Below are positions 12,190-23,630 of a stretch of DNA of 64,000 nucleotides, piece after piece (the stretch's first letter is position 1; each line of letters starts with the position of its first letter). Made by a program: the position numbers and the translations under genes. The notes beneath the pieces are model-generated. The model had not been told where the DNA came from. It did not search any database and saw only the letters and a program-made list of their open reading frames with translations. The DNA comes from Octopus bimaculoides (taxonomy: Eukaryota): assembly GCF_001194135.2 (NCBI RefSeq), contig NC_068984.1, positions 32,361,978 through 32,425,977 on the forward strand. Reading direction: 5' to 3'.

Positions 12190-13034
12190 CACAAGGTCTA
12201 ATCAATAATTATCCGGTCCGTAGCCATAGTAACAAAGCTAAAGCACACAGAGTAAAGCCCCTTGGTAAAGATTGACCTTGAACTCTGCTGTGCATGTGCA
12301 CTACGTTTTAACGTTCTAGCTCACTTCTGCTGTTTACAGCAGTGCTTGGAAGGAAGGTGTGTAGTGTGTGGTCATCGCATTGACCATGACAGAGAAAGTT
12401 GTCATGCCGATACCTGCTGATAGGCCGACAAAAAGTTGCAGAAAGTGTATGAGCTGCACACAGGTGTACGAGTGGTCCTGATGTTTCCAAGATGGCCAAT
12501 AAGTTCTGGGAGACCCGCAATGAGCAGAACTGTGGAAAACATCACAGATGTGTGTGCAGCTGTAAAGGGAAATCATCGAATCACCATCTGTGAGTTATCA
12601 AAGGATGTGCAGATTAGTTGCTGTTCAGTTCATTTCATTTTCACCAAAGATTTGGGTATGTGACGCATGTCTACCAGGTTTGTGCCAAAATTCAGCTGAC
12701 CAAAAAGACACTCGGGTTTCAGTGGTTTGTGCCAAGAACGATGAAAAGTTTTTGAAAATTATGTGCAGGGCTCTGAGCAGGTATCACCAAGCTTTTGGCA
12801 AAATTTCATGCAGATACTCTACTCAACTTTCTCTGTCATGGTCCAATACAACGATCACACTCTACACACCTTCATTCCAAGCACTGCTGTTAACAATGGA
12901 AATAAGCTAGAATGTCAAAACTTAGTGCACATACACAGCAGAGTTCAAGGTCAAACTGTGCCAAGCAGCTTCACTCTGTCTTTTTTAGCTTCGTTACTAT
13001 GGCAACAGTCCGGATACTTATTAATCAGATTACG
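12190..13034. mobile_element. non-autonomous mariner derivative with ~210-bp inverted arms, flanked by TA
   Basis: 12190-12401 matches the reverse complement of 12824-13034; TA at both ends; the interior encodes decayed mariner HTH (QVYEW..., SGRPAMSRTVENITDV...RITICELSKDVQIS). Confidence 0.85.
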
Positions 13035-13049
13035 TATATATATATATAT

Positions 13050-13180
13050 CTATCCATTTTTTTCTTCCTCCCTCCATATATTTTCTTTCCTCATTCCTTT
13101 CTGTTGAAGAGTACATTCTTGAAATGTTAAAGACTCGTCTGTATTTCCTGAGCATCAGACTAATACACCTTGTTCGTTGT
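13050..13180 (-). repeat. interspersed repeat, Penelope-terminus-like (3 copies)
   Basis: tttcaag...ctcttcaacagaaag motif also at 40380-40530 and 41340-41500; the class assignment is inference. Confidence 0.45.
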
Positions 13181-13711
13181 TCCCTCACCTCTCATTGTAT
13201 TTTGATCTTTTTTTTTTTGTACAATTTTGCGTAAATATCTATGCATAAAGATTGATAAAGAAAACGCAAGACAGAGATAAATAATATTGATACATTCATT
13301 TACGAGGCAATAAGGAAACCGAATACATATATTTGAGCTAATTAACAACTTAGCAGAAATAGCAACCAAACATCCTCAAAATCACAACCTACCAACAACA
13401 ACAACATAAAAATAATGATAAAATGGACAGATATGATAGATAATGTAGTTCTAGATATTCAAAGACAGATTGGTATGTCTAGAATACATTTTCTCATAGA
13501 TCTGCTCAATCTGGAGCAAAAGAACAATCATATCTAGCTATATTTATATTTGATGGTTATGTGAATGAGAGGAAACAAATTGATGTACATCAGAGGAAAG
13601 TTTTTTTTTTGTTCTTTTTACCATGTATATGAAGACATTTATGTAGTACATAAACAAACAAGTTGTCGGTGTTCTTTTAATTTTATACAAATCAAAAATA
13701 TTTTTCTGTAG

Positions 13712-13780
13712 TTGGACTTCTGATGGGAACTGTGTCTGAGAAATTTGTTGTCAAGAAAGCAATTAGTCTACAGCAATTTG
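13712..13780 (+). CDS. candidate internal exon (phase 1-1), xGLLMGTVSEKFVVKKAISLQQF, unknown product
   Basis: Acceptor tatttttctgtag, donor G|gtaaaa, 69 nt, open frame; no homolog recognised. Confidence 0.22.
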
Positions 13781-14119
13781 GTAAAAATATAGATATTACT
13801 GAATATCATTCCTTAGAAATTTGTGCAGAGATATACTGTTCACACATACTCCCATTCCCTCACACATACCTGAACACACACACACACACACACACACACT
13901 CTCTCTCTCTATCTCTCTCTCATATACACACTCACATATACAAATAATGAGCAATTTGATGAATGTCTGTTGGTTGTTTAAAAACATATGACAAAAACTG
14001 AAGGGATCTTTGATAAGAGTGTTCAACTTACTATAAATAATAGCTAAAAGTACTCTAGAATTACATCTAATGATCTTCATAAAAAAAAGTAGATACAAGA
14101 AAATGTAGTTCCAAAATTA

Positions 14120-14343
14120 TTAACCCTTTAACATTCAAATTATTTTGTCAAATGTAATGTTTATTCACATTGTTTTGAATTAGTCATGCATAATTTCATA
14201 GCCTTGAGATTTCAACGATGTGATTGTTTATATTGAGAATGACATTGTAAGGTAAGTACAAGAAGTCACATCTGGCTAGTATAAACATAGAACAGGTAGA
14301 ATATTTCGGCCAGTTATGACAGGTCTAAATGCTAAAGGATTAA
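14120..14343. mobile_element. TTAA-flanked MITE (piggyBac-like ends)
   Basis: ttaa|ccctttaacatt at the left end and aatgctaaagga|ttaa at the right end form imperfect TIRs with a TTAA target site. Confidence 0.75.
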
Positions 14344-14529
14344 AAGTTAGGATAATCTTAACTTAGTGGCTTTTAATCATACTTTAGCATGACTGACCTC
14401 ATTAACAATAGCTACTAATAAAGCAGGGTTATCGTATCTAATTCACTCAGTATATCTAAATGTTTATAAAAGCTCAAATCTATTGCACCCTGTAGTCTAA
14501 TATAGAAAGGATAAAGTACAGTTTAGCCT

Positions 14530-15464
14530 TGTAGTTAGTCAAGTTAGTCATGGTAGAAAGTAAAATCTTTTTTAATGTTTATACATAATGCATACTTCAC
14601 TGTGAGTAGAAGTTCAATTTGGGACAAAAATGTTAGGGAATCAGTCTCAGTGCTTGGACGTTGTTGGCTGTATGAAAGAAGCCATTGTAAAGATGGTCAT
14701 TTGTTTGCAGTTCTCCATGAAAGTGTTATGGTGAGAATCATGACACCCCCTGTGAGAATGGACTAGCCAAACTTGTATAAGTAGTAGCGTGCTTGAGTGA
14801 GAGTGAGAGATGAGAAATCACAGGAAGTCAAAAGGTGTCATTCATGACTTTGTGGAGTTGTAGGAAATTGTTGAGAAATTGCTATAGTTCATTGAGAGTT
14901 GTTTTGGATTGATTGTAGTTGTTTGCAGAGTATTTGGGAATACATCAAGTGTAGACAGTTGGTGCCTACCCCATTCTGTGGTATTGCATAGTACCCTGTT
15001 ATGAGTGCATGATATAAAAGTGGCATAGGGCATAGAGCATCACATTATAAAAGTGGCAACGAGTGATTTGAAGCTTATGTTGGTCAAAAACAATTTTTTA
15101 TGATACAAAAAATTCATTAATTATGGAAAACCTATTACCTGTTGCTGCAAAAGTCGCAACAACAACAGCAACAGGAGTTGCACCAACAATTACAACACAA
15201 ACAGTTGCTGGAACTGTTATTGAATTCTGGAAACAGTGCAAGTTCGTTTTTGCCAGACAGTTAACAAATGCTATAACTGAATTTAGTCATAACCCAGAAG
15301 AGGGTATAACTTTTTCGGTGACCTTCAGAAGATATGAAGAAATCTTCAAGGAAGAATGCAAGTGTTGGACAGGTGATAAAATAGTGAGACTACTGTTACG
15401 GAAACTAGATCCTTCAGAACATAAAAAATACTGTAATTTTACAGTTCTATATTTAAGAGACTAG
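14530..15464 (+). mobile_element. Gypsy-like LTR retrotransposon remnant: 5' LTR, PBS and gag N-terminus
   Basis: LTR-like segment starting tgtag; PBS-like tggcaacgag at 15054-15063; ORF 15123-15464 with ITEFSHNPEEGITFSVTFRRYEEIFKEEC...VRLLLRKLDPSEHKKYCNF, typical of invertebrate Gypsy gag. Confidence 0.72.
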
Positions 15465-15529
15465 GAATTATGTACATTATTTACATTTGACAAATATTTG
15501 TCCTCATCTTGTTTGTTGTTAACACAATA

Positions 15530-15640
15530 TTTCAGCTCATATACCCTCCAAGCCTTCATCGTATATCTTGGGGAAATTTTCGAACCTGGGTTCTCATTCC
15601 TAAGGTATTTAGTGTATGAAAGAGTTAATAAACTTCAATT
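15530..15640 (-). mobile_element. Penelope-like terminal fragment
   Basis: Minus strand gatgaaggcttggagggtatatgagctgaaatattgtg resembles the PLE end motif (tgatgaagg...ccgaaac). Confidence 0.4.
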
Positions 15641-15649
15641 ACATGACAC

Positions 15650-15850
15650 AGCATCATCATTATTTTCCATACTGGCATGGATTTGACAGTTTGTCATGAT
15701 GTGGCAAGTCACAGAGCCGTGCCAAGCTCCAGTGTCAGCTTTAGCATGTTATCTTTGACTGGATGCCCTTCCTAATGCTAACCACCATACAGCATGTACT
15801 GAATGCTTTTTCATATCATTGGCACTAGTTGGATCATCAAATAAGTTACA
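15650..15850 (-). mobile_element. RTE LINE 3' end
   Basis: catcatcattattttccatactggcatgg...ctggatgcccttcctaatgctaaccac. Confidence 0.75.
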
Positions 15851-18369
15851 AGACATCACTAGTGCCATTGAAGCATGTAAAAACTTCTGGTGGTTCAAAA
15901 GTAAAAAGAAAGCTTGGAAACAATGCTGCCTCTGTTGGTGACAAAATAATTGTTTTTCTAAGGAGGCCAAATGAATGCTTGTATTAGAAGGGTTATGTTA
16001 CATGGCAGTGAAACATCAGAGGTAAACAGTGTAATATTAAAAAGCAATACTCTATGTATGATCTTAGGAATGGTGAGAGGAATTAATTGATAGTGAAGAT
16101 GAGCAGAAAGACTTTTAAAAACTACTTTCTGAATGAATCAATAAATAATGAATGAGATATTGATTATGCTCTAAAATTGAAATACATTTATAGGTGTCAG
16201 TATACCTGAAAGGCAGATGTTTGGCTTTAATTTCATGGTGTTAAGGTGTAAAATAAATAAATTTTCAACTAAGTGGGACACCAATCTAGCATATTTAACT
16301 TTTCTCTCTCTTCATGACTCCAGCTGCACATTTTGATATACCAAACTCCATTCCAGTATTACTGCAACTCACATTTTTTCTCTGTTTCAAGAAATAAATT
16401 GTTTCCCTTTCAGACTTTTCAGATATATTTATGTCATCTATAGAGAAGGTGCATTTCTCCCTTGTTTACAGCCCATGTTAACCATTCTACATGTTATTGA
16501 AATAACTATTAGTATGGTAACAAAGAACATGAGAGAGATAAAATTAACCTGGGAGATACTGCATTTAAAGACTACACTTCACTGTGATCTCATGTTCATC
16601 AAGTCCACTTTCCAGTGTCATGCAAGTATTGAGGATGCTGATGAGATTTTTGATTATGCCAAACATTATGACTCCTAAATCCAAAAATGAGTCACAATAT
16701 CTCTGGTCATTTTAAAATTTATCCATACCATTTACAGATTGGTCTTTCATCACTTGCAAATCATTATAATTTTGTTAATAATCAGATAGCCTTTTTTGCC
16801 TTTTGAGTGTTTCATGCACCCCTTCTTGTTCAGTAAGTAATTCAACATCATTTCCTCTGTGTACCTTCTCTCCCCCTCTCTGTGCTGCTCTCCATCATCA
16901 ACTCCTCACTTGCCCCTCCCATATCTACTGCAATCCCTGCCCCAAGCTTCTATATTTCTCCCCATTAGTTGCTACAGTCACCTTATATCTGATTACTGGT
17001 ACTGCTCTTACATTTATTACTTCAATAACATATTTTGAATTCAACTTCAACTGCAATATTTCCCTCACTCTCCTTATATACTCCCTACTTGTAATTCACT
17101 GCTGGAGTAGTGGCAGCATCATTGCTGTTGTTATTTATTAATTTTCAAAGTTTATGTTTAGGGACTCTGAAAGAGGTCCTTCAGTGCATATCTTATTTGA
17201 GAGGTCTTACTACAGCACATTTTGTCTTCCATATTTTTACATTTCTTTTCATTGGATTTCTGTTTGAAGATTTATTTTCATCATTAAATGTTCTTATCTA
17301 ACAAGAAGAAAAATCTTTGTATATGATAGCTGAAATTATTCTTAAATATCAATTATTGCCTTTTATTTGCATATAGAAAAAGATATGAAAATATTTATTG
17401 GGCATTACAAATTTGCTATTTTTTACCCTCGGCACTTCAATTATATACAGCTAACACTGTATATAACTTTGAAAGTCAAAGTCATCAGTTCTTTTATTGT
17501 TAAAGCAACTATTTTATTGCTTTTGGAGATATATCCAGATGTAGAGAGGACTGACAATTTTTGTCAAATGTGCTTCATTCTCTTAATATAATGACAATAT
17601 TTGCATTAATCGAAGCATGTTTCAAAAGTTTAGATCATATGTTGGATAGGATATAATTAAAAGGTTTGTTCCTTCCTGAGGTTTTAAAGGATTCTTTTCA
17701 TCTCATTAACTAGAGCTTTCTTGTTATTACTGGTATTGATTTCATTACTGCAATACTTAGGCAATCTGGTGAGTGGCCATTATCTGTTAGCTACCACTCT
17801 TATAATGGACATGTTGGCAAAGTCATTGAGAAGCTGGATAGAAGCTGCACAATATTTGTTCAGACTCTGAGTTCAAATCACACCGAGGTCAACTTTGGTA
17901 TTCCCTATTTGATGTAGTAGTGGTAGAGAGTCAATAAACGAAGTAGCAGTCCAGGGCTGTAGATTGGTAGATTTGTTAGATAAGTGAATGGGATAACTTG
18001 CAGTATCTGTTTTCAATCTGTGAATTCTGGGATCATACCCCATACCCACCCATTCCATTGTCAGTGAAGAAGTAGTGATGCTTCTGGCGGACGTTCTGCC
18101 AATAGATAGTATCAGGGATTTGAAAACTAATAGAAATATAACTTTGTTGGTTTGACAGCACTGCCTGCACAGCAGTAATTATATTTTCTGTCAGTTTGGT
18201 CTGGATGAATGGTAATAATCATAGTCATTGAGAGCGCTTTAAGAGGAGTAAGTAGACTGTTGTCATTAACATTTATCTTTAAATAGTTATAAATTAAAGG
18301 TGACAAAAAAAAAATATGGGCAAGAGGAGTATCCCAACAGGCTGAGCTGATGTTCTGATGATGAAAGAC

Positions 18370-19330
18370 TGTGTGAAATGGCTAATGTGGGGCTAAATGT
18401 GTGGACGCAATATGTAAGACAAAATGAGGAGGGAAGTGTATGATAGAAGATGATATGAGATTGTGGATGGTAAGAGAGTCGTCAACTCCACGAAGTAGAG
18501 GCCATTGTAGTAATGTATAAAAACCAGGAAGAGAATATACCGTATCTGCTAGAATTCGCTGATGTGGCTGATGACAGCACCGCCTGACTGGCATCCATGC
18601 TAGTGGAACATTAAGAGCACCATCCGAGCGTGATCATTACTAGGGCGACTGACTGGCTCCTGTGATGGTGGCATGTAAAAAGCACCATTCAAGCATGATC
18701 GTTACCAATGTTGCCTTACTGGCACTTGTGCCGGTGGCATGTGAAAAACAACATTTGAGCAAGGCCGTTGCCAGTGCCGCTGGACTGGCTCCTGTGCAGG
18801 TGGTACATATAAAACACCATTTGAGCCTGGCCGTTGCCAGTACCGCCTAACTGGCCCTTGTGCCAGTGGCACATAAAAGCACCCACTAGACTCTTGGAGT
18901 GGTTGATGTTAAGAATGGCATCCAGCTGCAGAAACTCTGCCAGATTAGATTGGAGCCTGGTGCAGCCATCTGGCTCACCAGCCCTCAGTCAAACCGTCCA
19001 ACCCATGCCAGCATGGAAAGCGGACGTTAAACGATGATGATGATGATGATGATGATGATGTTGGAATCTGTTGATGAGCTATATTGTGCCAGTCAGTCAA
19101 GTAGTCTTTCTTTTGATATGACCTTGGATATCTTTGTGTGGAACAGTAGCAGCACTGTTCCTAGTTGCAGGATCAATACTCCATTGTGAATCTCAGCATT
19201 TACTAATGAGACCAGGAGCCTTTACTGGTCCTGCAGAGTAACAAATCTTTCTGATGCAGTCTTTATTATTTCATGTTCATTCATCGGAAGAGATCTTCAG
19301 TGAGAATGATGCTTAATATTTGTAGCAAAT
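18370..19330 (-). mobile_element. decayed CR1/L2-like LINE RT C-terminal fragment, interrupted by an RTE 3' end
   Basis: Minus frames give MEY.SC...SAAT and FY..YYNGLYFVELTTLLP, like the LEYC..IW...FYRYYNG.CS.EL motifs. Confidence 0.45.
18562..19060 (+). mobile_element. RTE LINE 3' UTR with about five internal ~60-bp tandem modules and a (GAT)n tail
   Basis: Repeated gactggctcc(t)gtg..ggtggcatgtaaaaagcaccat..gagc units, then the family tail. Confidence 0.85.
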
Positions 19331-19847
19331 TTATAGGGGATATAATAACTTGTGTTGAAAACTCCCAGGCACTTTAGTATTGTTTATATTAAGATGTATA
19401 GCATGTATTTCGGTGGCACTTTTTCATTCCAAAATATTTTAATAGTTTCCATTTATTGAACCATTAGAAGAATTTTAAGGCTTCAGAAAGACTGAATATC
19501 ACATAATTTCAATTTTCTAATTCTTTAAATCTGAAGTACTTATTCCTATAAAAGAAATTATTGTTTATTATTAGATTTTTCAACAACTCTTCAAAAGTAA
19601 AAATTTTAAACTTTTACTTGTTTAACTGGAAATGATTGATAATTGAAACTCAGGAATGTCTGTAGATTCTCAGAAATGTTATTTAATATTACTATTGGAA
19701 TAAACCCAAGTGCAATTAAGTAAATTCAAGAAAAATTTCGTTTTGCAAGATGCAATGATAATTAAATAGGACAACTTTAAATGGATCAGTTCTGTTAGAG
19801 GTATTAAGTTGCCTAATAAAATTATATGCCATTTCTTTGATCCTTAC

Positions 19848-19883
19848 CACTTGTTGGTATTTGATTAGTCCCAATTAAATATT
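19848..19883 (-). CDS. candidate 36-nt exon (phase 1-1), xYLIGTNQIPTSx, unknown product
   Basis: Acceptor ctctctgctttctttggcag and donor G|gtaagg are both near consensus; open frame; lies in non-repeat sequence. Confidence 0.38.
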
Positions 19884-20177
19884 CTGCCAAAGAAAGCAGA
19901 GAGGAATATTTCATTTGAGAGTTAAGAAATTAGTTTTGGCAATTGTTTTGGCGTCTTTTACTGATTTGGGTGTAGAAAGAAAATAGGAGAAAAATATTCC
20001 ACTTAACCTTCATAATTTCAACTCAAGTAAAACTGCTGGAATTTGCTTGCCAACAAAAAGATTTGCTAACAGTGCAAGGGGCGATCTCAAAAGTACATTA
20101 TGTTTCAACACATAAGATTTTGAAATTACCCATGTATGTCATTTTATCAGAAGTAAATTAGCTAGATTGGAAAACTG

Positions 20178-20296
20178 TTTTGGTGGTGGTGTTTATGTTG
20201 TTGTTGCTTCTGATGCTGCTGCTGTTGCTCCTCTTCTCCTCCTCCTTCTTCGTCATCATCATCCTTATCATTGTCGTCGTCATCATTGTCATCATT
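20178..20296. repeat. compound degenerate trinucleotide microsatellite (GGT/GTT/GCT/CCT/CAT)
   Basis: Seen directly. Confidence 0.9.
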
Positions 20297-21284
20297 GGAT
20301 TACCTGTAAAACGAGTCATTTTTCAATGCTATTGGTTTGTATGTTTTGCTTGTGATTCATGTGGATGTTTTTTCTAATTTCATTTTCACTATAAAAAAAG
20401 TTAGGTGGGTATTTGTATTTAAGTTCATGCTTTCTGCAGCATTTGGGAGTGGAATAAGGTTTTTATTTTTCCTTTCTTTCCTCTTTGTGTGTGTGTGAGT
20501 GTGTTTCATTTGACTTGACTTTTTAAAATTTCACACAGGGACTACAGTTAATAAAAAAAAAAACAATTCTAGACCTGAAATTTCTTTGATGGTTGAAGTA
20601 TAGAGACCCCTATTACTGCTGTGGAAGTTTTATTTACATGGAGTGTAAACAAAATATCAAAATAACCTCCCCGTCAAGAAAGTATAAATTGTGTTAAGAA
20701 ATATTAGAATTTGAAAGAAAATGTTCTTTTGAGAATGTTGAGTGTGACAATCCCAACTCCAATAAGAATAATACAACCATTAACATTCCAAACATCAACC
20801 ATGTAATTACAATGGCATTAGTTGAATGGCTGATGTTAGAATAATGCACAGCAGTAGCTATATCAAACATACAGAAAGCAACGACAACAGCTTTTCCCAA
20901 GGCAGTATGGAAATTGTAGGGACAAACTTTAGCAAACTCCAGAAAAGGAGACTCAGTGGTTGAGGTACATCACAAAAACATGTGCCACTTTACCTGAAGA
21001 GTCCATCAAGGAGAGAGCAAAGAACTAATGATACATCTCTATTTTCTTCTCTTCAAAACACCAAGCTGTGTACTTTATGTCCTCTGAATGGGAATTCAAA
21101 GAAAAATTGCATTGCAATAATAATAATGAGGTAGATGCCATCAAACAGTTATTTTCTAAGTCAGCAGAAATAAATATTTTATTAACACACACACCACACC
21201 ACACACACATACAGAGTTCATTCATAACCACACACACGTATGTATGCATATATGTTTGTATGTATGTTTCTTCTATTTTTTTTT

Positions 21285-21880
21285 ATCATAAATCTTTCGC
21301 TGTGGAGGGAGCCGGTTTCCAATAAAGATACAAGTCTCCATCTTTGGGATGTAGTTAGCACAGACAAATTCATATTTGGAACTTGAGAAAAGTCTTACAT
21401 ATTTTTATTGTTCCACTCAGATTGCACTTGTAAAACTCCCAGTTTATCCAGATTCTCCTATATGCATTTACTAACAAAACCTAGTATTCCCATTATTATT
21501 CGTATAAATATGAATTCCTAATCTGGATATAGAAGCTGTCTTCCATAGATATTTTCTTTTTCTTTGATTTTCTAAGAGATATTTATATCTGCAGGACAGC
21601 TGACCTCTATGATGGTACATACCTTTGCCCCTCTGGCCCAAACAACAATATCCAGCCTGTTATGTTTACATTTGACAGAAGTCTTGACGGGAATATTCCA
21701 CCAGTATTCCTTGAGTTGGTGTTTATGAATGTATTCTATAACAGAGGGATATGTATGTATGTATGCATCCAGGACAATAATTTTCTGATATTATTTTCAG
21801 TATTTATAGCCAAAATCATAGCAGAATGGATTTGCTAAAATTGTTGCAACATGTCAGATGCTATGATAATTTTAGTGGTA
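21285..21880 (-). mobile_element. RLE-type (R4/Dong-like) non-LTR 3' fragment
   Basis: Minus strand: EYWWNIPVKTSVKCKHNRLDIVVWARGAKVCTIIEVSCPADINIS*KIKEKENIYG, a PD-(D/E)xK-type RLE domain homologous to 45180-45574, followed by a similar 3' UTR. Confidence 0.82.
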
Positions 21881-22079
21881 ATAGGATGGACACTTATGCC
21901 AATTTCCCTATATGGGTGCACATTCTTTCTAACAACTGGACAATCTCTACACATTGAATTAACTTGGGAAGTGATTGGACAATTCCAAAATACATGTGCC
22001 CTTAACATAATTTTGGAGTAGAATCAATGTAACAAAACTGCAGCTTTCAGTAACAAATACAGAACTTCTATGTAATTTC

Positions 22080-22390
22080 CAGTTTGATTTGGCATGGCTT
22101 CTATGGCTGGATGCCAACCACTCCTAGAGTGTAATGGGTGTTTTTTTGTGCCACCAGCATGGGTGCCATTTACATGACACTAGCAATGACCATAACTATG
22201 ATGCATGAGTGCCATTTATTTGGCACTGACAGCGACCACGACTACGATTCACAGGCAACAACATAGTTGTTGCCATGAAACAACTACGATCATTCTTGAG
22301 TGTCCTTTTACATGGCACCAGCAATAACCATGACTATGATTCACCGGTGCCATATGGCACTGTCAATGACTACGACTATGGGTGCCATTT
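22080..22390 (-). mobile_element. RTE LINE 3' UTR fragment
   Basis: tctatggctggatgccaaccactcctagagtgtaatgggtg plus gactacgat modules. Confidence 0.6.
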
Positions 22391-23392
22391 ATACATGCGT
22401 GTGTGCAGTCACACACTCACTCACAATGTATATTTATGTGCATATGTATGCATGTATATATTTATACATATATGTGCATGCATGTGTGTGTGTGTGTGTG
22501 CTCATACAGACATAACTGCACACACAACAAACAAATTATCTATGTCAAGATACAATTATGATTGTTACCAATATTGACGCATCATATTTGTGTGACATCT
22601 AGATTTCAGCAGACAGCTGACAATGATACCCCAGGCCAAGACAACCTACACATATGTTTCACTAATAGACAACAAAATACTAATTAGGTAAACACTAGGA
22701 AAAATTTCTCAAACCACGTACAGAATTATAGTTTGTTGAGTATATTTTAATCCAAAGGAAAAATAGCGTCTTCAATATGTAAACAAGTTTCAGAACATGA
22801 CAGGTGAAGTCTTTTTAAAAGTAATAGCTTCTCACATAAACTTTGACATCTGTTGGTCATAAATAATTTCAAAAAATACTATGCAAAGCTATTTGAGATT
22901 TTAGTGTTATCATCCCTGCCTAGATTAGATTTAAGTATGATTTAGAGTAGTGATGAAGAACCTAAGATGAAAATTATTAGCAGTGACATGCCAAGTGGTT
23001 TTAGTTAAGATATAATGGACTTAAAAATATAATAATGATGAAAAAAATAAAACTTCATATAATAGTATGTTATATTTAGTATGTTAAAAATGCTTATCTG
23101 TAAGTGTTTATGTCTCACTAAAATACATGAACATATGACAATTTGTTGAAGAAATTTAAATTTCAACATGCTAGTCTAAAAATGTTTAGCAACATGAAAA
23201 TTGAGCTGGTGAGAGAAAAGGCATCTGGCCAAAGCAGGTAATGGAGACCAACAGAGCCTTCAAGCATGTTGGATCCTGCCAGCAAAAAAACATGGATATT
23301 AAGGGATAATGATGATGGTGATGATGATGAAATGCATGTGTAAATATATAACATCTGTCATCTTTCAGTTCTGCAATAAATGTTATTGGAAT

Positions 23393-23630
23393 AAAGGCGG
23401 TAAGCTGGCAGAATTGTTAGCACGCCCTGTGAAAAGCTAAGTGGTATCTCATCTGCTGTTATGTTCTGAGTTCAAATTCCACCAAGGTCAACTTTGCCTT
23501 TCATCCTTTCAGGGTCGATTTAAACAAGTACCAGCTATGCTCTGAGGTCAATGTAATCAACTTAATCCCGTTGTCTGTCCTTGTTTGTCCCCTCTATGTT
23601 TAGCCTCCTGTGGGCAATAAAGAAATAAAG
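23393..23630 (+). mobile_element. SINE family A with 15-bp target-site duplication
   Basis: Full-length copy flanked by aaatgttattggaat at 23378-23392 and 23631-23645. Confidence 0.92.

Noticed and set aside
18580-18880. ~60-bp repeated modules superficially like a CRISPR array
   Set aside because: The units are degenerate tandem repeats inside an RTE 3' UTR with no unique spacers, in a eukaryotic context.
20178-20300. Minus-strand Asp/Glu/Gln/His-rich reading behind an acceptor-like ttttacag
   Set aside because: It is a compound trinucleotide microsatellite, and the acidic frame has a stop at the junction.
21533-21840. ~100-codon plus-strand open frame (DIYICRTADLYDGTYLCPSGPNNNIQPVMFTFDRS...) with an acceptor-like tctgcag, which looks like a host exon
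   Set aside because: It is the antisense shadow of the RLE domain on the minus strand (KHNRLDIVVW...IEVSCPADINI).
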